Below are positions 24,902 to 32,000 of a stretch of 32,000 nt of DNA, in pieces. The notes beneath the pieces were generated by a model. That model was given only the letters and a program-made list of their open reading frames with translations. It searched no databases and had not been told where the DNA came from. The position numbers and the translations under genes are program-made. The stretch's first letter is position 1; each line of letters opens with the position of its first letter. The stretch comes from Delftia acidovorans NBRC 14950 (GTDB taxonomy: Bacteria; Pseudomonadota; Gammaproteobacteria; Burkholderiales; Burkholderiaceae_C): the NCBI RefSeq assembly GCF_001598795.1, contig NZ_BCZP01000009.1:240001-272000 (forward strand). The letters run 5' to 3'.

Positions 24902-24925
24902 CGCCTGCTGTGCAGGCGTTTTCTT
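24902..24925 (+). terminator. Candidate riboswitch expression-platform terminator (attenuator)
   Basis: cgcctgc-tgt-gcaggcg is a 7-bp GC stem followed by ttttctt. It sits immediately 3' of the B12 box and about 100 nt before the receptor start codon. Confidence 0.5.
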
Positions 24926-25027
24926 GACTGTCTGCGGGGTGCGGATGGCAACGTCCTGCGCCCTTTCCTCCCACGCTGGCTGGAGAGGTGGCAGTGCCTT
25001 GCTTTCGCATCAGACGGTCGAAGACCG

Positions 25028-27184
25028 ATGTTCGAAATGCATTCTTCCTTTTCCAGGGTTTCCAGCGCTCGCGCTGCCCAGTCCCTTTCCGTGCGGCTGA
25101 GCCCGCTGGCCCTGGCCTGCGCCTTCATCTGCCTGCCGGCGCAGGCTCAAACACAAACGCCCACGCCAACGCCCCCATCAACCGCCCTGCCCGAGGTCCA
25201 GGTCACCGGCCAGGCCGAACGCATCGGCCAGCAACTGGCCCAGCCTGCGCGCTCTGCCAGCCATACCGGCGTCTCCAACCAGGAAGTGCCGGCCAGCGTG
25301 GACGGCGTCTCTGCCGAGCAGATGCAGGAGCGCGGCGACTACGCCCTGGTGGACGCCGTCACGCGCACCGTGGGCCTGACCTCCAGCAGCACGCCGGGCA
25401 ACGGCGGCCTGGCCTTCAGCAGCCGCGGCTTTGCGGGTGTCAATTCCGTGGGCGTGGCCGAAGACGGCATGGTGCTGGGCGTGGCCGCCGGCACCACGGC
25501 GTATCCGGGTGACAGCTGGGGCTACGAGCGCATCGAAGTGCTGCGCGGCCCGGCCTCGCTGATGTATGGCAGCGGCACCATGGGCGCCACGGTCAACGCC
25601 TTCCGCAAGCAGCCCAGCCGCACCAGCTCGGCCGAGGTGCTGGTGGGCGCGGGCACGGACGACACGCTGCGCCTGGGCCTGGGCGTGACCGGCGCCCTGG
25701 GCGCCTATGCCAGCTACCGTATCGACAGCTACACCGCCCGCAGCGCAGGCGAGCGCGATCTGGACCAGTCGCGCAACGGCAAGTTCATGAGCACGCTGCG
25801 CTTGGAGCCCACGAGCGACCTGCAGATCGACCTGATCGCCGACCGCAGCGTGCAAAAGCCCAGCCGCTACTGGGGCACGCCGGGCCTGAGCGGCAAGGTG
25901 GTGGAGTCGCTGCGCGACCGCAATTACAACGCCGAAGACAGCGTGCTGCGCTATGCCGACGAGCGCCTGCGCGCCAAGGTGCAATGGAAGGCCAATGACT
26001 GGCTGACGGTGCGCAACGAGCTGTACCACGTGAAGTCCGACCGCCACTGGCGCAACATCGAGGCCTACGCGCTCAACCCCGCCACCTGGACCGTGGGCCG
26101 CTCCGACTACCTGGAAATCCTGCACGACCTGGAGCAGACCGGCAACCGCCTGGGCCTGAACGTGGACCGGGGCTCGCACAAGATCGCCATGGGCTGGGAG
26201 GCCGCGCGCATCAACCTGCGGCTGTCCAACAACTCGCCCTATGGTGGCTCGTCCACGGTCTCGGCCTGGGATCCCGTGCATGGCAGCTGGGCCAGCCCCG
26301 ATCTCACCGCCGCCAAGACAGAAACCGGCGTGACCCAGCATGCCCTGTACCTGGAAGATGCCTGGCGCATCAGCAACCGCTGGCTGGCCATGGCCGGCCT
26401 GCGCCGCGATGTCTACGACTTTGCCAGCCACTCGCTGGTGGGCGGCACGGATTTCAACAAGACGCTGGCCGCCACCTCCTGGCGCCTGGGCCTGACCTAT
26501 GAGCTGGCCCGCAACACCCATGTCTATGGGCAGATCAGCTCGGGACACGATCCCGTCAACAGCCTGGTGTCGCTGAACCTGGCCAACACGGCTTACAAGC
26601 TGAGCAAGGGCCGCCAGGCCGAGATCGGCATCAAGCAGCAGGTGGCTGGCGGGCGCGGCGAATGGACGCTGGCCGTGTTCGACATCAAGAAGGACAACAT
26701 CATCACGCGCGACCCGGACCGCCCGGCCATCTCCATTCAGGGCGGCAGCCAGTCCTCGCGCGGGGCGGAAGCCACCGCCACCTTCCAGGCCACGCCCGCC
26801 CTGCGCCTGGAGGGCAACCTGTCCTATGTGGACGCCCAGTTCGACAAGCTCATCGAGGCCGGCGGCAACCGCGCAGGCAACCGTCCGCAGAACGTGGCCA
26901 AGACCACGGCCAACCTTTGGGGCCACTACCGCGTGGGCGCCTGGCAGGCCTCGCTGGGCCTGCGCTACGTGGGTGACCGCTTTGGCAACAACGCCAATAC
27001 CGTGAACCTGCCCGCCTACACCGTGGCCGACGCCGCGCTGAGCTGGCAGGTGGACCCGCGCACCACCCTGAGCCTGATCGGCCGCAACCTGGCCGACAGG
27101 GTCTATGTGGGATCGAGCTACGGCAGCCAGTTCCTGGTCGGGCAAGGCCGCCGCTTCGAGATCGCGGCGCATATCCGGTTCTGA
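25028..27184 (+). CDS. TonB-dependent outer-membrane receptor, cobalamin-riboswitch controlled (BtuB-like by context)
   Basis: 718 aa. It has a signal peptide ending PAQAQ, a plug region (LPEVQVTGQAE, IEVLRGPASLMYGSG), a long beta-barrel and a terminal Phe (...FEIAAHIRF). An alternative start lies at 25037. Confidence 0.9.
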   Translation: MFEMHSSFSRVSSARAAQSLSVRLSPLALACAFICLPAQAQTQTPTPTPPSTALPEVQVTGQAERIGQQLAQPARSASHTGVSNQEVPASVDGVSAEQMQERGDYALVDAVTRTVGLTSSSTPGNGGLAFSSRGFAGVNSVGVAEDGMVLGVAAGTTAYPGDSWGYERIEVLRGPASLMYGSGTMGATVNAFRKQPSRTSSAEVLVGAGTDDTLRLGLGVTGALGAYASYRIDSYTARSAGERDLDQSRNGKFMSTLRLEPTSDLQIDLIADRSVQKPSRYWGTPGLSGKVVESLRDRNYNAEDSVLRYADERLRAKVQWKANDWLTVRNELYHVKSDRHWRNIEAYALNPATWTVGRSDYLEILHDLEQTGNRLGLNVDRGSHKIAMGWEAARINLRLSNNSPYGGSSTVSAWDPVHGSWASPDLTAAKTETGVTQHALYLEDAWRISNRWLAMAGLRRDVYDFASHSLVGGTDFNKTLAATSWRLGLTYELARNTHVYGQISSGHDPVNSLVSLNLANTAYKLSKGRQAEIGIKQQVAGGRGEWTLAVFDIKKDNIITRDPDRPAISIQGGSQSSRGAEATATFQATPALRLEGNLSYVDAQFDKLIEAGGNRAGNRPQNVAKTTANLWGHYRVGAWQASLGLRYVGDRFGNNANTVNLPAYTVADAALSWQVDPRTTLSLIGRNLADRVYVGSSYGSQFLVGQGRRFEIAAHIRF

Positions 27185-28227
27185 TGGCCATGGCGCGCTC
27201 CAAAAGCCTCCATGGCCTGTGCGCTGGCGCCCTGGCGGCCACCCTGCTGCTGGCCGGCTGCTCGCGCAGCGATTCCGGCACCACCAGTGAACTGCCGGCA
27301 CCGGCTGCCGCACCGCAGGCGGCCGTGACCGTCAATGTCTGCGGCAGCCCCGTGACCTACGCCAACGCACCGCTGCGCGCCGTGACCCATGACGTGAACA
27401 TCACCGAGATGTTTCTCTTTCTGGGCCTGGGCGACCGGCTGGTGGGCTACAGCGGTATCACGCAGGCCAAGCAGATCGACCCGGCCTTCCAGGCCCAGCT
27501 GGCCCGCGTGCCGCGGCTGGCGGAGCGCGAGATGAACCTGGAGGCCATTCTGGGCGCCTCGGCTGACTTCGTCTTCGGCGGCTGGAGCTACGGTTTTCGC
27601 CAGGGCCAGGTCACGCCCGAGGTGCTGCAGCGCCACGGCATTGCCTCATATGTATTGTCCGAATCGTGCATCCGCGTGGGGCCGCGCAGCCAGGTGGCGC
27701 TGGAAGACGGCCTGACCGACCTGCGCAACCTGGGCCGCATCTTCCGCATCGACGCCCATGCCGAGCAACTGGCGCAGGGGCTGGAGCGCGAACTCAAGGA
27801 CCTGCGCGAGCGCATGCAGGGCGTGCGGCAGCGGCCTTCGGTCTTCGTCTACGACAGCGGCCAGGACATCCCCGTGACCGTGGGCCGCTACGGCATGCCG
27901 CAGGCCATGATCGAGGAAGCGGGCGGGCGCAACATCTTCGACGACATTCCCAGCAACTGGCCTGCAGGCAACTGGGAGGACGTGGTGCAGCGCAACCCGC
28001 AGTGGATCGTCATCATCGACTACGGCCAGCCCCATGCGCAGGGCAAGATCGACTTCCTGCTGGCCAAGCCCGAGCTGGCGGGCGTCGATGCCATCCGCGA
28101 AAAGCGGTTCTTCGTCATGACCTATGCCGAGGCCACGCCCGGCCCGCGCAATATTGCGCGGACCCGCGCGCTGGCGCAGGCCCTGCACCCCGACCGCATG
28201 CCGGCGCCCAGCCATGCGGTCAACTGA
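27184..28227 (+). CDS. ABC transporter periplasmic substrate-binding lipoprotein (BtuF/FecB-type cluster A)
   Basis: MAMARSKSLHGLCAGALAATLLLAGCS carries a lipobox. The body matches the Fe3+-siderophore/cobalamin binding-protein pattern (PQWIVIIDYG, KRFFVMTYAEATPGPRNI). Its ATG shares one base (27184) with the receptor TGA stop (27182-27184). Confidence 0.85.
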   Translation: MAMARSKSLHGLCAGALAATLLLAGCSRSDSGTTSELPAPAAAPQAAVTVNVCGSPVTYANAPLRAVTHDVNITEMFLFLGLGDRLVGYSGITQAKQIDPAFQAQLARVPRLAEREMNLEAILGASADFVFGGWSYGFRQGQVTPEVLQRHGIASYVLSESCIRVGPRSQVALEDGLTDLRNLGRIFRIDAHAEQLAQGLERELKDLRERMQGVRQRPSVFVYDSGQDIPVTVGRYGMPQAMIEEAGGRNIFDDIPSNWPAGNWEDVVQRNPQWIVIIDYGQPHAQGKIDFLLAKPELAGVDAIREKRFFVMTYAEATPGPRNIARTRALAQALHPDRMPAPSHAVN

Positions 28228-29299
28228 CTCCCGCTGGCCCAGGCGTCCTGGCGCCGCCCGCCTCTGGTGCCTGCTGCTGTTCGCGGCCCTGTTGCTGGTG
28301 ATGACGCTGGCCATTACCTGGGGGCCAGTGGACATGCCGGCAGGCACGGTCTGGCGCATTGCCCGGAGCCGGTTGCTGCAGGCCTTGGGCATGCAGCCGC
28401 CGCCGCTGGAGGGCATCACGCCGCAGCACCAGCAGATCGTCTGGCTGATCCGCATGCCGCGCGTGCTGCTGGCGGCCCTGGTGGGCGCGGGGCTTGCCGT
28501 GGTGGGCACCATCATGCAGGCCATGGTGCGCAATCCGCTGGCCGATCCCTATCTGCTGGGCGTGTCCTCGGGTGCGTCGGTGGGCGCCGTGGCCGTGCTG
28601 GCCTTCGGTGCGCTGGCCTCGGCCGGCATGTACGCCCTCACGGCCGGGGCCTTTGTGGGGGCGCTGGCGGCCACCGTCGCCGTCTACCTGCTGGCGCGCT
28701 CCCAGGGCCGCATCCATGCCACGCGGCTGATCCTGGGTGGTGTGGCCATCGGCTATGTGCTGGCGGGCGTGACCAGCCTGATCACCCTGTCATCGGGCCA
28801 GCGTGACCTGGCCAATGCCCTGCTGACCTGGACGCTGGGCAGCCTGGCCGGCACGCAGTGGGAGGAACTGGGCATTCCCGCCGCCGTGCTGGCTGCAGGA
28901 ATGCTCTGGCTGGGGCTGCAGACGCGCCCGCTCAACGCCCTGCTGGCCGGTGACGAGGCCGCCGCCACGCTGGGCGTGGACACGGCACGGCTGCGGCGCG
29001 CACTGTTCCTGGCGGTGTCGCTGCTGACGGGCACCATGGTGGCGGTCAGTGGCGCCATCGGCTTTGTGGGGCTAATCGTGCCGCACGCCGCGCGCATGCT
29101 GGTGGGCACGGACCACCGGCGCGTGCTGCCTGTGGCCGCCCTGGCCGGCGCCCTGCTGCTGGTGCTGGTGGATCTTGTCGCGCGCACGGCCTTTGCGCCC
29201 ATGGAACTGCCCGTGGGCGTGATCACCTCGCTGATCGGCGGACCCTTCTTCGTCTGGATGCTGGTGCGCCAGCCGGTGCAGGGAGGGCGCGGCCCATGA
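28214..29299 (+). CDS. FecCD-family ABC permease (BtuC-like)
   Basis: Start MRSTDSRW... overlaps the binding-protein gene by 14 nt. It has IRMPRVLLAALVGAGLAVVGTIMQAMVRNPLADPYLLGVSSGA and GAIGFVGLIVPHAARMLVGTDHRRVLP, typical FecCD blocks. Confidence 0.9.
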   Translation: MRSTDSRWPRRPGAARLWCLLLFAALLLVMTLAITWGPVDMPAGTVWRIARSRLLQALGMQPPPLEGITPQHQQIVWLIRMPRVLLAALVGAGLAVVGTIMQAMVRNPLADPYLLGVSSGASVGAVAVLAFGALASAGMYALTAGAFVGALAATVAVYLLARSQGRIHATRLILGGVAIGYVLAGVTSLITLSSGQRDLANALLTWTLGSLAGTQWEELGIPAAVLAAGMLWLGLQTRPLNALLAGDEAAATLGVDTARLRRALFLAVSLLTGTMVAVSGAIGFVGLIVPHAARMLVGTDHRRVLPVAALAGALLLVLVDLVARTAFAPMELPVGVITSLIGGPFFVWMLVRQPVQGGRGP

Positions 29300-30084
29300 A
29301 GCTGCAAGCCCAGGACCTGTGCTGGAGTGCCGATGCCCGGCGTGTCGACGCCCGGCGCATCGTGGACCAGGCCAGCCTTGCCCTGCACAGCGGCGAATGC
29401 GTGGGGCTCATCGGCCCCAACGGCAGCGGCAAATCCACCCTGCTGCGCATGCTCTACCGCGTGTTGCGGCCCGACGCAGGCTGCGTGCTGCTGGACCAGC
29501 GCGACATCCGGGACATGACGGCGCGCGAGTTCGCGGCCCAGGTCTCGGTCCTGGCGCAGGAGGCGCCTCAGAGCTTTGACTTCACCGTGCGCGAGGCGGT
29601 GATGATGGGCCGCATCCCCCACCAGTCCCCCTGGGCGGGCGACAGCGCCGAGGACCTCGCCTGCATGCGGCAGGCGCTGGCCCAGGTGAATGCCTTGGCG
29701 CTGGAGGAGCGGCGTTTCTCCAGCCTGTCCGGCGGCGAGAAGCAACGCGTGCTCGTGGCCCGCGCGCTGGCCCAGCAGCCACGGCTGATGCTGCTGGACG
29801 AGCCGACCAACCACCTGGACATACGCCATCAGCTGGAGTTGATGTCACTGGTCCGGCGCCTGCAGATCAGCAGCATCGTCGCCCTGCACGACCTCAACAT
29901 CGCCGCCCACTACTGCGACCGTCTCTATCTCATGGAACAAGGCCGCATCGTTGCCCATGGCACACCGGCCCAGGTACTGACCCCGGCCACCATCGGCCAG
30001 GTCTACGGCGTGGCTGCCGAGGTGGACATCCATGCCGCCACCGGCCGGCTGCGCATCAGCTTCATTCCCGATGAACTCCTCTGA
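29296..30084 (+). CDS. ABC transporter ATP-binding protein (BtuD/FecE-like)
   Basis: Walker A GPNGSGKST, signature LSGGEKQRV, Walker B LMLLDEPTNHLD and H-loop ALHDLN. Its start forms an ATGA overlap with the permease stop. Confidence 0.92.
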   Translation: MKLQAQDLCWSADARRVDARRIVDQASLALHSGECVGLIGPNGSGKSTLLRMLYRVLRPDAGCVLLDQRDIRDMTAREFAAQVSVLAQEAPQSFDFTVREAVMMGRIPHQSPWAGDSAEDLACMRQALAQVNALALEERRFSSLSGGEKQRVLVARALAQQPRLMLLDEPTNHLDIRHQLELMSLVRRLQISSIVALHDLNIAAHYCDRLYLMEQGRIVAHGTPAQVLTPATIGQVYGVAAEVDIHAATGRLRISFIPDELL

Positions 30085-30853
30085 AACATCCATCCCGCCC
30101 GGGACCGACGCCGTGATCGTGCTGGGCCGCGGCGGCACGGGCGCAGCATCGCGCCAAAGCCTCATCGAATTGGCCGAGGCCTTGCGCCAGACGCTGGAGC
30201 CGGCCTGCAAGGTCGTCACATCCTTCGTGGACAAGGCCGCACCCTCGCTGCCCGAGGCGCTGCAGCAATGCCTGCCGGCGCGCTCCATCGTCGTGCTGCC
30301 CCTGTTCTCGCCCGACGAGCCTGCCCTGCTGCGCTGGCTGCACAAGCTGGCCATGCGCTGGCGCTCGCAGTTGCCGGACCAGGGCGTGCAGGTGCGGTTT
30401 GCCGACCATCTGCTGGGCGCTGCCGCCATGCCCGCGCTGCTGCTGCCGCAGATCAGGCAAGCCCTGCAGACCCCGGATGTTGCAGAAACCGCAGGCGACC
30501 ACTGGCAGCACGATCCCCAGGCCTGGTCCCAGGTGCCGGACCACCAGCACCATGCCCTGGTCTGCACGGGACCGCGCTGCACCGCCCTGGGCGCCGTGGC
30601 CGTCTGGCAAAGCCTGGGCGAGGCCGTGCAGGCCAGCAGTGAACTGCGTGCCAGGCTGCGCCTGCTGCAGACCAGCTGCCAGTACCCCTGCAACCATGGC
30701 CCGCTGGCCATCGTCTATCCGGACGGCGTCTGGTACGGGCGGCTCACGGCCGAGAATGCCGCCGAAGTGATCGAAACCCATGTGCTCTCGAGGCATGTCT
30801 GCGCGGAGCACCACGTGCACGGGCCAGTGGAGCTGGGGACGCAGGCTTCGTGA
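30071..30853 (+). CDS. CbiX/SirB-like domain fused to a thioredoxin-like [2Fe-2S] ferredoxin domain
   Basis: Start MNSSETSIPPGTDAVIVLGRGG... overlaps the ATPase gene by 14 nt. The N-half has the CbiX-like beta-alpha pattern (VIVLG..., SIVVLPLFS). The C-half has CTGPRC ... CQYPCNHGPLAIVYPDGVWYG (CX4C ... CX3C plus the YPDGVWY motif). Confidence 0.72.
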   Translation: MNSSETSIPPGTDAVIVLGRGGTGAASRQSLIELAEALRQTLEPACKVVTSFVDKAAPSLPEALQQCLPARSIVVLPLFSPDEPALLRWLHKLAMRWRSQLPDQGVQVRFADHLLGAAAMPALLLPQIRQALQTPDVAETAGDHWQHDPQAWSQVPDHQHHALVCTGPRCTALGAVAVWQSLGEAVQASSELRARLRLLQTSCQYPCNHGPLAIVYPDGVWYGRLTAENAAEVIETHVLSRHVCAEHHVHGPVELGTQAS

Positions 30854-30857
30854 TGTC

Positions 30858-31784
30858 TCAGGGCTGTGCCGCCTCCAGCTCGGCCAGCCTCACCGCCACA
30901 AAATCCCGCAACGCACGCACCAGCGGCGTGAACTGCCTGCGACTGGGTGCGACCAGGAACAGCGGCACGCACTCGGTCGTCCAGTCGGTGCACAGCGCAA
31001 GAAGGCGGCCCCGGGCCAGGTCCTCGGCCACGTCGAAATACGACTTGTAGGCAATCCCCCGCCCAGCCACGGCCCAGCGCCGCACGGCATCTCCGTCATT
31101 GGCCACATTGCGGCCGCGCACCCGGACATGGACCGGCTCAGGTACGGCAGTCCCCTGCCCTGCCGGCCAGAAGCTCCAGCGGTCGTGCACTTCCTCGCCC
31201 AGCATGAAGCACAGGCAGTCATGGCCGGCCAGGTCGTGGGGGGTGGCGGGGGCGCCGCGCTGCTGCAGATAGGAGGGCGCGGCGCAGAGCACGCGGCGGT
31301 GCGTGTCCGACAGCGGCAAGGCCACCAGGCTGGAATCCTGCGGCCTGCCATAGCGAAAGGCCGCATCCACAGGCTCGCTGTAGACATTGGCAGCGCGGTC
31401 GGACAGGTGCAGGCGCAGATCCACGCCTGCATGCTGGCTCTGGAATTCGTCCAGCCAGGGCATGAGCACGTTGCGGCCCAGGTCGGAGGGGGCGGCCAGT
31501 TGCAGCGTGCCGCGCAAAGCGGCCTGGCCGCCAGCCAACTGGTCGCGCACCTGGCGCAGGCCGGCCAGCGCGGGGCGGCAGTGCTCCAGAAACAGCTCGC
31601 CCTCCTGCGTGAGCCGCAGGCTGCGCGTGGAGCGCACGAACAGGGTCACGCCCAGCTCTGCCTCCAGCCGCTTTAGCGCTGCGCTGGCGGCAGCCGGGGT
31701 CAGGTCCAGGGCACGCGCCGTGGCCGAGAGGCTGCCGCTGTCTGCGGTGCGCACGAAGATATCCAGGTCTTGCAGGCTTTTCAT
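30858..31784 (-). CDS. LysR-family transcriptional regulator
   Basis: MKSLQDLDIFVRTADSGSLSATARALDLTPAAASAALKRLEAELGVTLFVRSTR, followed by a substrate-binding domain. The start is at 31784, with alternatives at 31790 and 31811. Confidence 0.9.
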   Translation of the reverse strand: MKSLQDLDIFVRTADSGSLSATARALDLTPAAASAALKRLEAELGVTLFVRSTRSLRLTQEGELFLEHCRPALAGLRQVRDQLAGGQAALRGTLQLAAPSDLGRNVLMPWLDEFQSQHAGVDLRLHLSDRAANVYSEPVDAAFRYGRPQDSSLVALPLSDTHRRVLCAAPSYLQQRGAPATPHDLAGHDCLCFMLGEEVHDRWSFWPAGQGTAVPEPVHVRVRGRNVANDGDAVRRWAVAGRGIAYKSYFDVAEDLARGRLLALCTDWTTECVPLFLVAPSRRQFTPLVRALRDFVAVRLAELEAAQP

Positions 31785-31950
31785 GGGCATTCGCCAGGCT
31801 TTGATTTTCAAAAACTATTTGAAGCTTAGTCCAACGAGAAAGCCATTTGTCGTGCTTGCGCCAACTGGGAGCACGGCCTGGGATGGAAGCCGGCTTCCGT
31901 CCTTTGGCAGCGGATCTTGGCGCCCCGGCAACCGTAGTATGGTTGTCGCC

Positions 31951-32000
31951 ATGCAGCTCAAACATTTCGCCGGTGCCCTGGCTGGCAGCCTGGTGTTCGC
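31951..32000 (+). CDS. 5' end of an unidentified gene with a signal-peptide-like start (partial)
   Basis: ATG at 31951 (or in-frame ATG at 31939) gives MQLKHFAGALAGSLVF..., divergent from the LysR gene. It is too short to classify. Confidence 0.3.
   Translation, partial: MQLKHFAGALAGSLVF

Overview
High-GC betaproteobacterial-type chromosomal DNA. Gene content looks Comamonadaceae-like, but that is inference only. No searches were run: every family call is by-eye motif recognition on the supplied ORF translations, and coordinates were checked against reading frames.

Gene order:
- 3' end of an FAD subunit and a full Mo subunit of a xanthine-dehydrogenase-family aldehyde oxidoreductase, separated by a 269-bp nested palindromic MITE-like repeat.
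- An aromatic-acid MFS transporter, ligA, ligB and an alpha/beta hydrolase.
- A LysR regulator with two tandem HTH domains.
- A SnoaL-like protein and a porin.
- A DUF3455 lipoprotein, ECF sigma and RskA-like anti-sigma operon.
- A compositionally mosaic accessory stretch (about 11.99-17.86 kb): Dyp peroxidase, a Bug/TctC pseudogene fragment, a low-GC FMN reductase coupled to a Bcr/CflA MFS pump, a LysR regulator and a frameshifted, truncated ICE relaxase remnant.
- A minus-strand module I cannot assign to any named system.
- An alkB cluster flanked by two paralogous 2OG-oxygenase-like genes, one of which has lost its metal-binding residues.
- A cobalamin-riboswitch-controlled TonB receptor plus ABC uptake operon ending in a CbiX-like/[2Fe-2S] ferredoxin fusion.
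- A LysR regulator and the first codons of another gene.

Best candidate for something undescribed: the module at 17859-21304, possibly extending to 22273. It pairs an XRE-HTH protein carrying a P-loop-less copy of its neighbour's ATPase domain with a membrane protein. The two genes are translationally coupled. The membrane protein has a pilin-like Cys-pair ectodomain between two TM helices, followed by an Arch_ATPase/ORC-like AAA ATPase.

No rRNA, tRNA, CRISPR array or intact transposase/integrase was seen.
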